Of a DNA stretch of 64,000 bases, positions 40,694 to 53,815 are shown in pieces. Every line of letters begins with the position of its first letter. Position 1 is the stretch's first letter. The DNA is from Lama guanicoe. Lineage: Eukaryota. The notes under the pieces are model-generated. The model did not search any database. It was not told where the DNA came from and was given only the letters and a program-made list of their open reading frames with translations. Location: NCBI GenBank assembly GCA_013239625.1, contig MU053873.1, positions 3,238,524 to 3,302,523 on the forward strand, read 5' to 3'. A program made the translations under genes and the position numbers.

Positions 40694-40803
40694 CTTCCTC
40701 TCGTTTATGCCCTCGGGGGCCGACAGGAGCTTCTTCATGAGTAGAGGGTCCAGCACCTGGAATCTTCGGCGGAACTGGGTGAGCCCCATGTGGTCAGCGT
40801 AGC
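40694..40803 (-). CDS. MYO18B: MYO18B exon, converter: (G)YADHMGLTQFRRRFQVLDPLLMKKLLSAPEGINERK
   Basis: ccccag|GC acceptor, AAG|gtatgt donor; 110 nt. Confidence 0.94.
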
Positions 40804-42534
40804 CTGGGGTGGGAAGCAGCAGGAGCAGAGCACAGACTCGGTGAGGAGCACAGGGGCACCGGAGCCCGCTCCCAGCCTGGCTCCTCACTCCAATTGCCAT
40901 GTGGAACCACTTTGGGGGCCTCAGTTTCCTCATTTGCAAATTTGGGAGACTGGGTTCAATCAGCATTTCCCAAATGCGTTCCCAAGAACATGAACCCTAT
41001 AGAAGGCTCCACAGAAAGAGAAAAGGCTGCACTCTCATCAGCCTCTCAGAAGGTCGCAATGTATGTCAGCACTGGAGTCAAAGGCGCTAAACCTCCGCAG
41101 GGAAGATGCCCCGATTACCTCTGCTTACCCCAGAGATTTCCAAACCTGCTGGACCATGAAAGAAAATTTCTTTGGTCTAGTTTTACCCTCCCCTAGCAGC
41201 ACGTGGGAAATGCTGCATCGGATAGAATTCAAGGGTTCTTTTCAATTTAACGTGTGGGATGGACAGAGCTGCACCCTTCTATCTGGAAACTGGGAAGAGG
41301 CATCTGAAAAGCTACCAAGAGAAGGTGACACTCAAGCTGGCCTTTGAAGGGGCTATGAGAGCTTGCCAGAGGATCCGGTGTGGAAGGGAAGTCCAGGCAG
41401 AAGGAGCTAGAGCGGGAAGATACAAGGTTTGATCCAGTCACAGCAACAGCCAACATTTACGAGGCTTTGATGCATGCAAGACACTAGGATAACAACCTCT
41501 TTGTGTTCTAGACACTCTGGGGCCTGTAATTATTACACCCATTGTACAGATGTGGAAACTAAGGCTCAAAGAGTTCACATCACCTAGCCCAAAGTGACGT
41601 GGATCATAACTCTCCCAGCTGGGATTCAAAGCCGGATAGCAACAATAACTAATTAAGTGGAGAGAAGCCAACAACAAGGTCAAAGATAAGCAGGACTGGG
41701 TCCCCAAGGAACTTGAACTCAAATTCAGACCTCGAGGTTTGGACTTCATCCTGGGTACAAGGGGCATGGTAGAGCCTTAGTTGTCTCAAAATGACCCCTC
41801 AAGGGGCTGGATGGGAGAAGGTCTGGTGAAATCTCACTTCATTTTGAGACTTCACTTCACAGTAAGCCAAATGCATAAACCCTAAAAAAGAGTCACGGTG
41901 GGTGCATGTGGCAAATTCAGGAAGCCTTCCTGGGAGAAGAGGGTTTCAGGCCATGTTCAAAGAACATGCTGACCACACAGAGACATGAGGCTGGGAGGTT
42001 TCAGGCCTGCCCTTTGAGTCAGACTTACCTGGGTTCACATCCCATTTCTGCCCTGATTAACCCCTTGACCAGCGACAAATGATCTCATTTCTTTGAGATT
42101 CAAGGTCTCCACTTGTCAGATGAGAAAAATAAGATCTCTTGTCATACGGTCAAAACGAGGCTTAGATACAATGATGATTATGGTAAAGAGGCTAACACGA
42201 ATGCTTTCTGATGTCCAGGCACTTTCCTAACTGTGATTCCTTACTCGTTCAGCAACCCACTCGACAGTCCTCGAGATCTGAGCTATTGTAGGAGAGGAGA
42301 GGGAGGCACGATCTAGGGGCCCACGGCGTGGGCGACAGCCAAGCCCAGAGTCTCAGCTGTGCCCACCAGGCCGTCCTAGACATAACATTTAATGAGCATT
42401 TACTCTCTGCCAGGCGCTGAGGGCTTTGTGAGAACATCAATTAGTGTGTGTACACACACAGCGCCCAGCACGTCGTCAGCATCCTCAAAGCAGCACGTGT
42501 GTGGGTGCGTCATGCATGCATGTGTATGTGTCTG

Positions 42535-42969
42535 CAGACAGACCTCCTCAGAGACATCGTGGGTTCAGTTCCAGACCACTGCAGTAAATCAAATATTGCA
42601 ATAAAGCGTCACAAAAATTCTGTGGTTTCCCAGTGCATACAAAAGTTATCTTGACGCCATACTGTAGTCTGTTTATGCAATAGCATTATGTCTACAAAAA
42701 TAATGCACATATCTTAACTTAAAAATACTTTATTACTAAAAATAAAAACTAAGCATCAGCTAAGCCCTCAGCGAGTTCTAAATTTTTGCTGGTGGAGGGT
42801 TTGAAATTTTGCAAGAATTACCAAAATGTGACACAAAGACACAAAGTGAGCAAAATGCTGCAGGGAAAAATAACGCCAGCAGACTTGCCAATAGACAGAG
42901 TTACAACAAACCTTTGATCTGTAGTCAGTGCAGGTACAGCGGGAAGCACAATGAAACGAGGTCTGCCTG
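42535..42969 (-). mobile_element. Tigger1 internal-deletion derivative (about 435 bp) with both TIRs
   Basis: Termini cagacagacctc and gaggtctgcctg; internal fusion at gctggtggagggt|ttgaaat. Confidence 0.82.
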
Positions 42970-44369
42970 TTACATATACACATTACATATACATCGATGT
43001 CAAACCCAAAATATTTGATACACACGTATGTATCTATGTGTGTGAATATTTTTTATATGGTGTGAGAGAGACAGAAGAGACTCAGAGCACAAAAAAATGA
43101 GGAGATGAACCAGGTCTGGGAGGCAGAAATTGGGAAGTTCTACCAGAGACTCAATGCTTTACATAATAACTCCTTCTGGTGCGGCACTGAGCATGCAGAG
43201 GGCAGACACTGCAGGCAGGACCTGAAGCCAGAGGAGGAACACGCTGACCCAAGCGTCCACCAGGGGCTCTGACTGCTGGGCCAGGGTCCCTGCAAAGGCC
43301 CAGTGCCTCCTGCCAGCCAGGTGGAATCGATCAGCCACGGGCTGTGACCATCCTGCTCTTCCGCCATAACATTATCTGTCTTCCTGAACCCGCAGTTGCA
43401 GACAGGAGGGGAAATCAATGCGATGCTTAGGGGAGCAAGGGTCTCATCTTTGCTTCCAGCTGCTCCCAGCTTCTCGGTCCAGTATCTCATGCCCAGGGCT
43501 CCACATTAACACGGAGGGAGGAAATGGGGGCAGTGACCACAAGCTAGGGAGTCAGTGGCCATAGAAACATCAAACAAATGGGTCCCCACCTAGACTCCCT
43601 GTCAGCCCCAGCCATTCAACACTCTGGCTTCGCCCGAGCTGTTTCTAGCTGTCAGGGAGGGGAATCCATGGGGAGGCCTCTGGGGTCTCAGAGGCAGAAA
43701 AGAATGAGAAAATTTCAGATCAAATTCAACTCAATACGAGCTGATGGGGAAACCCTGGGTTAGGTTTGCTTTCTAAACTACAGGCCTAACACTTCATCCC
43801 TTTGATTAAATATCCTTCATCCCACTCTTGCTCCAGCATCTCCTCAGCTAGACCTAGGCCACTCACAGCCTTCCCTGGTGGATCTCCCCGCCTCCTCTCC
43901 CACAATTCCCCAGCCCACTCTGAGCCAGATTCCCTGAACACCCATGCTCCTCCATGCCTCCTTGCCTTTGCATCTGGTGCTCACTCTGCCTAGCGTTCCC
44001 TCTCCCCCAACCACCCAAGGTGAGCTGCTTGCTTTGTTCCAAGACTCAACTAAGATGTCATCTCCTCCAGGAGGTTCTCCCGGTCTCCTGACTGAGAGCA
44101 CAGAGCTGCTTTCTCTGGGCAGCCAGTACCTCCTACTTCCCCCCATGACACGTGCCCTTGTCACACCGTACTATCATCGCCTATCTGAGAGTACACGGAT
44201 CTCCCAAACCAGGCTGAGCATCTTGAAGACCAAAATATTTCTCACTGTGGAAATTCCACTCTATCCCAAGGTAGATGCTTCTGAGATGTTAGTTGTTGCA
44301 AGTAAGATGATTAAGACACACCCCTAGCCTTCCAGGACTGCACGACTAATTCAGAAAATCAGATGGGCT

Positions 44370-44570
44370 TTGAACTCAAAGAGACCTCAGTCCAAATCGA
44401 GGCTTTGCCAAGTTCCAGCTGTGTGACCCTAAGCAAGTCCCTTCTCCTCTCTGAGCCTCAGTTTCCTCACCTGTAAAATGGGTAATCATAGCTTCTCCCT
44501 CATAGGGCTGCTGTGAAGTTTCAACAGGACACCACATAGAAAGCTCTGGGCCCATGTAAAGCTCAGTGAT
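44370..44570 (+). mobile_element. MIR SINE
   Basis: Well-preserved core cagctgtgtgaccctaagcaagtcccttctcctctctgagcctcagtttcctcacctgtaaaatggg; many other MIR/L2 fragments are present but not listed. Confidence 0.85.
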
Positions 44571-44631
44571 GCTCCTGACCCTTGGCTGCCACTGGTCAGT
44601 GAGCCTGTCCTAGAAGTCAGCTGCCTCTTAC

Positions 44632-44854
44632 CTGTCCTATGCAGACGTAGTGCCTCCAGGATGTAGGACCCCGCAAGCTGCACCCGCAGTGCTGAGATGT
44701 CCAAAGGCAGGGACCCGCCTGCCCCGGGCTTGTCTCCACCAGGCTGCGGTGGAGTCAGAGACGCCTGCCCGGCCCTGCTCTCCACTGCTGGGCTTGGCAC
44801 CAGGCAGTGGATGAAGTGTAATTGAGACCGTCTGATCATGCTGATCAATGCATC
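44632..44854 (-). CDS. MYO18B: MYO18B exon, SH2/SH1 region: DALISMIRRSQLHFIHCLVP...LDISALRVQLAGSYILEALRLHRT
   Basis: tcctag|GAT acceptor, G|gtaaga donor; 223 nt; HFIHCL equals myosin HFVRCI. Confidence 0.95.
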
Positions 44855-45653
44855 CTAGGATCAAGAGGAGACAGGGTCAGGGTCAGCTGTCTCAGGGTGA
44901 GACAGACAGGGGTCCGGACATTCCCCAAACACACATTCAGCCTGGCCTGGCCATCTTTGGGGCCCTATGTCCTACACCAAGAATCTCCTATCCATGGCCT
45001 GATTTGTACTCATGAGAAATAAAGGATCTTTATGATGCCCCTTATAACATATGGAGAAACTGGGACAAGGAGAGGGCAAGCAAGTGGCCCCAGGCCACCC
45101 AGACTATTAGCCAAAGAGGGGACTAGAGCCTAGGACCTGGTCTGAGGACTTTTCCAGTGCAACACCCTGTGAGTTGTTTTCTAAAACCCATCCTTCCCAT
45201 GTCCCATCCTTCTGAGCTCAACTGACCACTGACCAATCCAGGTGTTCTCACTTGTTACAGGCAACCTATTTACAGCCAGTGCTGGGTCCTTAGCCTTCCC
45301 CTAAGGAGAGCCTAAAGGTGAACACACAGGCCTGCAAGACATGAGGGAGGCAGGCAGCACTGGTCTGACTGTGAAACTTGTCACCTCCATCAAGAGGGCA
45401 ACTGTGGTTCTTATCAACTTTCTGAAGCTGCTCAAGTTAAATCAAGAAGCTGAGGCTTTGGCCTTAGAGTTGGATGGATCACTTTCCTCCAAGCTTCTTT
45501 GAGGCCCTGAGCCTCAGTTTCTTCCTCAGTGGAGTGTAGGGGGTACCTGCCCCTTCTGGCTCCCTGGGGAGCTCGGAGATGATGTGGATGGATAACCCAT
45601 CTCAGAGGAACGCAGTGAGCTCTGGACTCCATGGGGACAGGGCATCTACTCAC

Positions 45654-45837
45654 CATCTGGAGCTTGATCTGGCAGCACGGGGCTTTCCTCTTCACCGCTG
45701 CAAAGCTGCTAGCAAATGTCCTTCTCACCATGCAGCTCCTCTGCTGGGCCTGCTGGGAGGTGCCCTCTAGGCCGGCCACGGCCCGGCACACAGAGGACAG
45801 CTTGGCCCGGGACTGGAACAGATCCCTCAGCTCCTCC
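45654..45837 (-). CDS. MYO18B: MYO18B exon: EELRDLFQSRAKLSSVCRAVAGLEGTSQQAQQRSCMVRRTFASSFAAVKRKAPCCQIKLQM
   Basis: ctgccag|G acceptor, ATG|gtgagt donor; 184 nt. Confidence 0.94.
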
Positions 45838-48253
45838 CTGGCAGGTAGAAGAAAGAGAGAGGGGTTTTAAGGGACTCACAAGGTGGAGGGAATGGGTCCC
45901 CCAAGCCTCCTGCAAATCTGCTTCCTAAACCCCTATCTCCCTCGAATCACATCCCAGGTGCCCACTCCTCTGTCCACAGTCCCTTCTGCAAAGATGAGCC
46001 TTCACTTGGTGACAAATGCCAGCCCCTTCCTCCACACCTCTCTTCCCTCCCCTGACCTCAAAGCATCTTTTCTTCTACTGGATACTCCTGTCACTTATGT
46101 ACCTGCAGGAATTCTACCAAGCCTGCCCTTTCTTAGCGGGCAAAATCATCTTGGTTATCCCTAGACCAGGTCCAGTACACAGCAGGTGCTCATTCTGTTC
46201 CATGCAAGAATGAACAACGGACAGGTCAGACAGACAGCTGGAGCACCAGGAAGATCCAACAGCGCCCTAGGATGAAGCTGGGACCCAGAGAAGGCCTTGC
46301 GCCTCTCCAGTTGCACCAGCCCCATCCCATCCAGGGGAAGGTGTCTTCCATTGCTGCCTACGAGTCCAGGCACTACCCTGGACTTGGCCCTCAAGACACG
46401 TTATCCATCTGCCTCTATGACTAACCCTACAATCCAGACTATTAAAGAAATGAGTCTTTCCCAGATGCACCAAAGGCATTTAAAGTGGTTAAATGCATGG
46501 CAGGGCATACTGACTAATAATGGCTTGAATATACTCACGTTGAAATAAAAATCTGGGGAGGGGGCTGGGGGAGCCCTCAGGAGCTCTGAGAGGGAAGAAT
46601 GTGTGCACCACTCCCTGGTCCAGGGAGACGAGGCTGTGCCCACAGCCCTGAGCCCTGCGTGAGGATTGCCCCATCTGCGGTTGGGAGACCTGACCTCCAG
46701 TCTGAAATTTACTGTGTGGCCTTCAGCAGTCACATATCCTCTTTAGCAATCCACTCCCTACATATAAAGCAAAAGTTTTATTGGGCAGAAGTCCTCCCCA
46801 GCGAGACTACCAGGAACCAGAATGCTACACGAGCAGTCCTGGTGAATCGGGAATCCTGGCTGCAGAACCGCATGCTGAGAAAAACCACTGTTCGCTCTCA
46901 AAATCACCCACGCTTAGCTCTCCGGCCTGCAAGACATCCTGTAGGGATTTACCTCCAGACCAGCCGCACTCTTTCACCCCTGTGCACACGCTGCTCCTTC
47001 TTCCCAGAATGTCCCCTGCTCACCAGGCCATCTCATCAATCCAGGTTTGCCTGCCTTTCCCTAACCTTACACCCCTCACCCAGCCTGAGCCACGGGACCT
47101 GAGAACAGAAGGGGAATTTACAAGACCACAAGACGTGTGCTAAAGGCCGGCTATGAACCAGGCTCCTTAATAAGCCATCCACTACATTACATCACCAAAG
47201 CCTGACATCACACAGGTAAGCTTGGCAGTCTCATCCCCTCTTCTCAGGTTGTGAAACTGAGGCCCAGGTCATGCAGCTTGAAAAAGGCAAAAGCAGAATA
47301 CAAACAATCGCCTGATTCCAGGGCTGTGCGCTATGGCCTCATCCAACAAACCTCATGTTAAGGTAGATGAAGCAAGAAGCCCAGAGGAGGGAAAGTGCCC
47401 GCCCACAGTCACCCAGGCAACAAGGGACTTGACTCAGGTCCCCTGGCTCCCCACACTGTGCTCTTAACCTTCCTTCCGCCCCATCCCCCGACTTGCTCTC
47501 TCTTTAGGAGCTGTGTGCCCTTGAGAGCATCTGGATACAGGGTTCCCAATCAGCTCTGACCATGATGCCCTGAGAATGTCTCCAAGGATCACTTAGACCC
47601 AAACTGTACCCTAACCCTGCTACTGCTTTTTTATTCCCACTATGTGATCACTGGTGAACCACTTTACCTCCCAGGGCCTCAGTTTCCTTGTCGGTTAAAT
47701 AGGTCTAAGGACACAGTGTTATTGTGAGGATTTAAAAGATGCTTATAAAACGTTTACCTTGATGCCAGGTACGTAACAGGTGATCAGTAGATGTTGTGGT
47801 CTTAGCCACACACACCCAACAACCATTTCCCAATAGCTCTCTGAATTGAAAGCAGTGATCACTGCCAGCCCTCTGCCAGCACTTCTGAGACGAGCAGTCA
47901 AAAACACGCAGTGAGCCATTTTTTAATGCTGCAAAATGTTATCACTTCTGTTTTACGACCCCCTAGTTCGAGGATGTCCATATAAGTCCCTTGAGTCACA
48001 TCATCTCTCAGTCACTTAATGAAAAGCCAGAAGCTAAAATACAAAGCCACAGCTTTCCAACTTTTGTTCCACCTCCTCAGAAGGCCGGCTTTTCTCTGTG
48101 GCTGGCCCCAGAGAGACACTGCACACGACTATTCGAGTTCTTTGTGTCGTTAGGGAGGGGTTCCTGCACCGGCACTCCCTCACTGGTGGTTGTGACTTCA
48201 TGGCCCTAGCACCTTGAGTGCACCCGGCCCATCCCAGCCCTGGCCGGGCTCAC

Positions 48254-48413
48254 CTTCTGGACTGCTGTAGCACCTGGTGGGCGTCCAGGGCCGACAGGTT
48301 GGGCTTGGCCCTGTGGAGCCAGCCCGTGAGGTCATAGCGCACGGGGTCACGTCCCAGCTGATGGGCAATCTCGCACTGGAGAGGCTGCTCGCAGGTCCGA
48401 AGGGCAGAGGTCC
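48254..48413 (-). CDS. MYO18B: MYO18B exon: (G)TSALRTCEQPLQCEIAHQLGRDPVRYDLTGWLHRAKPNLSALDAHQVLQQSR(R)
   Basis: tttcag|GG acceptor, AG|gtgagc donor; 160 nt; myosin 'H..G.V.Y...GWL' motif. Confidence 0.94.
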
Positions 48414-51400
48414 CTGAAAGCAGACATGGGGTGTGAGTGTGGGGCCTGGCAGGGACATTCTGTCATCTCTCGGCATCCCCAAGAACATGCTCTTTCTGTT
48501 TTAATGTTTCCAGACAGCTGAAGCCAGCACTTCTGGGCACCCACACTCCTCCTGCTTCAGGCATTTATGTGCTCTACCACCAACATGGGCTCTATTCCTC
48601 ATTGCTTTCTTAAATCCAGGACACCTGTCAGCACTGCATGCACCCTTCGTGATTTCTGCCACAGCCGTGTATCACCTGGATGTTAGTTACTTAACGTTTT
48701 CTTTCAACAGACTCCCATTTTTACAGGTAAATCCATTTATGCAGAATCATACTGCAGGTTTGGTGTGGCAGCTATATTTATTTCCTAATACTCATGGAAA
48801 TAAGTACACAGTTATTAAATATTTTTAAAACATGTATTGAATACCAGCTACCAAATAAACACACGGCGTATTCTTGGGAGATGCTGGTGGACACTTGGTT
48901 CCAAAAGACAGAGCGGGAGAAACAGATGGGCTTGGAGTCAGAGAAGACCTGGTTCAAATCCTGACTTGACCACTTACTACTGTGGGGACAGGGGCCAACC
49001 ACTAACATCTCTGAGCCTCGTCTCCTCGTCTGTAGATTATGGATTAAATAATAAAGTTCCCCCAGGGCGACACAAGGTGTGAAGGAGATGATGAGTCCAA
49101 CGTCTCTTGGTACAGAGCCACAGCGGTCACTTGGTCAGCAGTGGTGGGTGTCTGCCGCTTCCTGCATTTAACCTTTTGCTGATGTCCTGGGATCACAAAG
49201 GCTTTCCCTCCATATCCCCAGGGCCCAGCATCACGGCTGGCACATGAGTGGAGTCCAGAAGTGCTTGTGGAGTGAATAGCTGGATGGATGGGTTCCTGAC
49301 CATTCCTCCTATCACTCTAATTGTAGTGATGCTCTCAGGCTGAGTGATGGCTCCAGACCAATTACCATCAGGAGCTGTAGTATTGTTTCTGTTTCTGCAT
49401 CCACTCTGAATGATTTTTCTACACTTTCCCATCCTGCTTTCATCAATGGACCAACACATATTAGGATCAAGATTCTCTCCCTTAATTGGCTACCTCTCCA
49501 CTGCAGTGAGCTCAACAATGAAGAACCTGCAGTCCTTGGAATGCTGCACAAAATATATGCAGTCCGAGAGCCTGCAGGTTCCAATGAGGAAGGGGCATGG
49601 ATTCTGCCACCTGTTTGGCTGGTTGGAAATCCTCTGTGCTTACCTCCTGGATCTCCTCCATGTTCTGGGTAACTGCAGTTACCAGAAGGGCACTCTTCTG
49701 GGTAAGTGAAGTATCACTATACCTACTGCGTCCCACAGGCCCTTCGGAGCCATGCAGTCCCTGCCCTTCCACTGAGAGACGAGCAAGGCAAGAGAGCAGA
49801 CACACGGCCCTGGCACAGACTGCGATGCCCCTGCAACGCTGCAAGAGTCTGTCTGCGAGGCTGCCTCCCTGCACTGGCGGGGACTGTGCCCACTGACTGG
49901 TATGTCCAGCAGCTACACAGAGCTGGCTCTGGATGAAGACCCCAGGAGCACTTGGGGAGAAGCCCAAGGCAAAAGAGAAGAAAGGGTGTTCACAGCTGCT
50001 AAGCCGGGATCAGCCTCTGTCATTCAGCCCTCACTCTGGTCTGTGATGTGAGCATCACTAGCTGGTTTCTTGAGAGTGACACTGAGGTCTGGAATGATGG
50101 GACGGCTTGCCTAAAGTTGCCCAGCACATAGAGACAGAGCCAGGATGAGGACCCAGATCTGTCGGCTCCAGATCTGCCTCTATGCCAGGTGGTGGCCCAG
50201 TGTACAATGGTGCCACAATTCCCAGGAACCGTCCTAGAAAACAGCTCCTGGGTTATAAGTCTGCTCCGTCCTCTCATTCTCCCCTCTCTCCCGGGGATGG
50301 TTCTGCACCATAGTTTTGTTCACTCAAGCATTTCACGGGCAGCTTTTGCCTTTGGGAGCCCTTTGAAATTGTCTGTAAGAGGGAGCCTCACCTAGCACGT
50401 TTCTGTCCAGGCTTCAGCGCCATTACCTCCCCCAGGAACCTGCCCACCCCAGACTGGGGTAGGGGCTTCTCCGCATCCCTCTGCCCCCAACAGTTACCCT
50501 CTATCGCTGCACTGCAAATGCCTGTCACCTGACTGTCCACTGGGCCTGAGCTCTAGGAGGGCTGCCCCAGCCCCCTGCTGGGCCCACACTCAGCCAATGC
50601 ACCTTAGGTGAGAGGTAAGAGAGTGTGCGCTGGGTTCACCAGAAAGCCCTCTGTGTTCTGCTTGACTGAACGTTCTCATTAACTCAGAGCTAATCAGAAA
50701 GCCCTAGAGGCAAAAGGGTTTTTTTAATACCAAAGTGTCTGAGTTAGGGTGTCTACCTCAGTGGGTCTGGGACAAGGGATGTAACAGAATCCCTCCCCTG
50801 GGAAGAGAGCCTGGCAGCATCCTGCTCGGGTATTCAGGACTGGCACTGGCAGGCCTCACAGGAAAGAGAGGAGAGGTCGTCTGGCCGTCTTCCTATCGTG
50901 TCTCCAGCCTGCAGTCTGGGTAAGCTTTCTAGAACATGAATCTGACCACACCTTCTGCTGCTGAGATCCTGCCTGGCTCCTCACTGCTCCAGGGTTAAGA
51001 CCAATGCTTTCTGCGAGGCCTGAGCCCAGACAACATCTCCTACCTTGTCGGGCACCGTGCTCCCTGTTCTCGTCAGGTTTACCTGCATGCCTCTCCCCAA
51101 GAGCCCCGGGCTCCCAGAGAAATGAGGTCTGCCTGACGCCCACCACTGAGCGCTGCAGTCTGTCACTGCAGGCTCACCGGACACACAGAGGCTCATGTGT
51201 TAGCTGGTCCATCGCCCCCACAAGCAAGAACACAGGCACATCAGGCTGTTCACTGCTGAAAAGGATGGTACCCAGCGAACAGTAGGTGCTCAGTACACTT
51301 GTCAGATACATGAATGAACACAGACATGAACAAAAGAACATACCAGCATACACAGACGTTCCTGCACTCAGACCCCCGCCCCCATCCCACTGTGCAGGCC

Positions 51401-51472
51401 TTGTCAGGGCTTTGACAAAGACAGATTCCAACTCCCAGGCTGGACTTGGCACCACCCCCATCGCCCCCTCAC

Positions 51473-51620
51473 CTTCGGCTCCTGCTTCTTTCTTCTCAAA
51501 GGCCGCCCGGAGGCGCTCGAGCACCACGCTGTCACTGGAGCCCTCCACCCGGACCTCCTCATCTAGGACCCAGAAAAGGCCCCTGGCGTCCTCAGCACCT
51601 CCTCCAGCCAGTAAGCGGAC
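51473..51620 (-). CDS. MYO18B: MYO18B exon: VRLLAGGGAEDARGLFWVLDEEVRVEGSSDSVVLERLRAAFEKKEAGAE
   Basis: ctctccag|GTC acceptor, G|gtgagg donor; 148 nt; myosin 'GL..LLDEE' motif. Confidence 0.95.
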
Positions 51621-52318
51621 CTGGAGAGACCCACGACACACTGAGGGGTCCTGATCCCCTGACATAGGCCAGTCCTGGGTTTCTCTTCCCACCTATGGGG
51701 GTCAGGGATGTGTGTCCCAGACACCATGACTCAGACATGCTGGCCTGGATCCACACTCCAGCTCACCCCTAGACTCTCAGTGTTCAAGCCACAAAACTAA
51801 CAATCTCTTGATTCCAAGAGGTCTGGATGCCATCTCTGTCTTCCTTTCCTGTGTGACCTTGGGCAACTTACTGCACCTCTCTAAGCCTCATTTTTCCTCT
51901 TATGCAAAATGGAGACTGGCACTACCTTCCTCTGAGGGCTGTCGTGAGCATTTAAAAAGGGCAAGCACTTTGTAAACTACACATTTCTGGATCCACACAG
52001 GCAGCTGGTCTTTATTTATACACAGCCAAACCAGAAAGGATTAATTCCATCCACATCACTTCCTCATAGAAGTCTTTGTATGCTTTTAAACTAAAATCTT
52101 GAGGGGGGGAAAAAGTGCCCAAAGAATGTTTTAGAGAAGGTGAACTTGGGTCAGTGGCACAGACATGGAATTTTCATCTGGCACCAGCATCAGAGACCCT
52201 CCAGGCAACCCCACAGTTTTGTATACGGGAAACAGAGAGGCCCAGGTGTCTGCAGGGCCCACGATGAGCTGACACAACTGAAAATGGTGCCAAGTGGTTA
52301 AGGAAGAAATGTGATGTG

Positions 52319-52430
52319 TATGGTGACCAACTGTTCCAGCGTGCCCGCGACAAGGGGCTTCCCAGGACATGAGGATTTCAGTGCCAAAGCAGGCAGACTC
52401 CCCAGCAAACCAGGACAGTTGGTCACCCTA
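52319..52430. mobile_element. MER81-like hAT MITE (about 112 bp)
   Basis: Perfect 12-bp inverted ends ggtgaccaactg / cagttggtcacc. Confidence 0.75.
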
Positions 52431-53734
52431 ATTCAGGAATATTAGCCCACACCCCACTGAGAGGGTCCAGAGAGGGGAAGGGACACATCCAGGGTCACAT
52501 GGAGAGGTACAGGGGCAGCAGGGGACCTGGACCCCAGGTATCCTGAGTCTTCACCTTGGTCTTATTTACTGGGGTTGAAATCCACAGTTAGCCCATCCTG
52601 AAAAGGTAGCCATTTCTGGCCACTGCCCAGGGGTCCTGGGGACACCATGGTCCTCCTCGCACTGCCTGGGTCGTCCCTTCAGGCCTGCCCCACCCAGGTG
52701 GGGAAGCACGACAGGCCCAGGGAACCAGCCTGGGAGGTGGCAGCAAGAAGCAGGAGCAGGTGAGTGGGCAGCAGGACTCACGGACAAGGGAGCTTTGCAA
52801 GAGCAGGTGCAGCCCCCTGTGAGCCAAGAGAAGCCTTGGACCCTAAGCCTGGCTGACCACAGACCAGGGAAGAGACGGAGGTGTGAAAACGCAGGAGAAA
52901 CGTGACCTGCAGGACATCTATTGTGTACCGAGCACCCTGCAGGTGCTCTACATGCCAGACCTCACAGATGTGCACAACACCCCAAGGATGCTACTGCTCC
53001 CATTCTGCTGATGAGAACACTGAGGCTTGGAGAGGTGAAGTGGCATGCACAAGGTCACTGAGATTGGACTGGAGCCAGGCACGATCCACAGCCCAAGCAT
53101 TTTCACACTAAGATGTGAAGGGGGAAACGAAAGTCCAGTGATACAGTCCAGGACAGTTCTGTGGGAGGGTCGAGCACAGAGGCAAATCTGGGGTCAGCAA
53201 AGTGGGTTCTAGGGATGGGGAAAGTAAGGTAAAGACTTGGAATCCCCCAAACTAAAGCTTACCTGTCTCCAAGGAAGGTCAGGGGGCCTGGCCCCAGCCC
53301 TGTCCCCATTCTCCATTCCTCCCCCTGGGCTCCTACTGTCCCAGTCTCTGCTGGGCACAGCACCTTCGTCTGAACACCTGATTCTTCCAGGTGAGAGTGG
53401 CTGGAGGCAACCAGGCACTGGCCCTGAACACCCCTTGCCTCATACCACAGGCTCCCAGGCCAGAGAGCATTCTCAGAAGCAGACTCAGAAGTAAAGAGGA
53501 GCAGGTATGCTTAGCTCAAGGGGATTTAAATATTCATTGTCTAGGCCACACCCCCAGATCACCAAAGTAGAATCTGGGCGTGGGTCCCAGGCATCTGTGT
53601 CTTTAACAATCCCTGGGTACTTCCAGGTTCAGAGAGCATTGAGATCTTGTAGCTCAAAGGCTCAAATCTGCTAGCATTTAAGTGAAAAGGCCGTGTGGCA
53701 TCTGAGAGGCTTGGTTTCCTGGGCCCCGTGTTAC

Positions 53735-53815
53735 CTGTGAGGGACTCTGATCCACAAGGTCCACTGTGGCCCCTGGTGATGGCTCCGGGAGATCAAATGA
53801 CATAGGAACGTTCTC
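53735..53815 (-). CDS. MYO18B: MYO18B exon: ENVPMSFDLPEPSPGATVDLVDQSPSQ
   Basis: tttctag|GAG acceptor, CAG|gtaaca donor; 81 nt, phase 0/0; absent from the ORF track. Confidence 0.9.
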
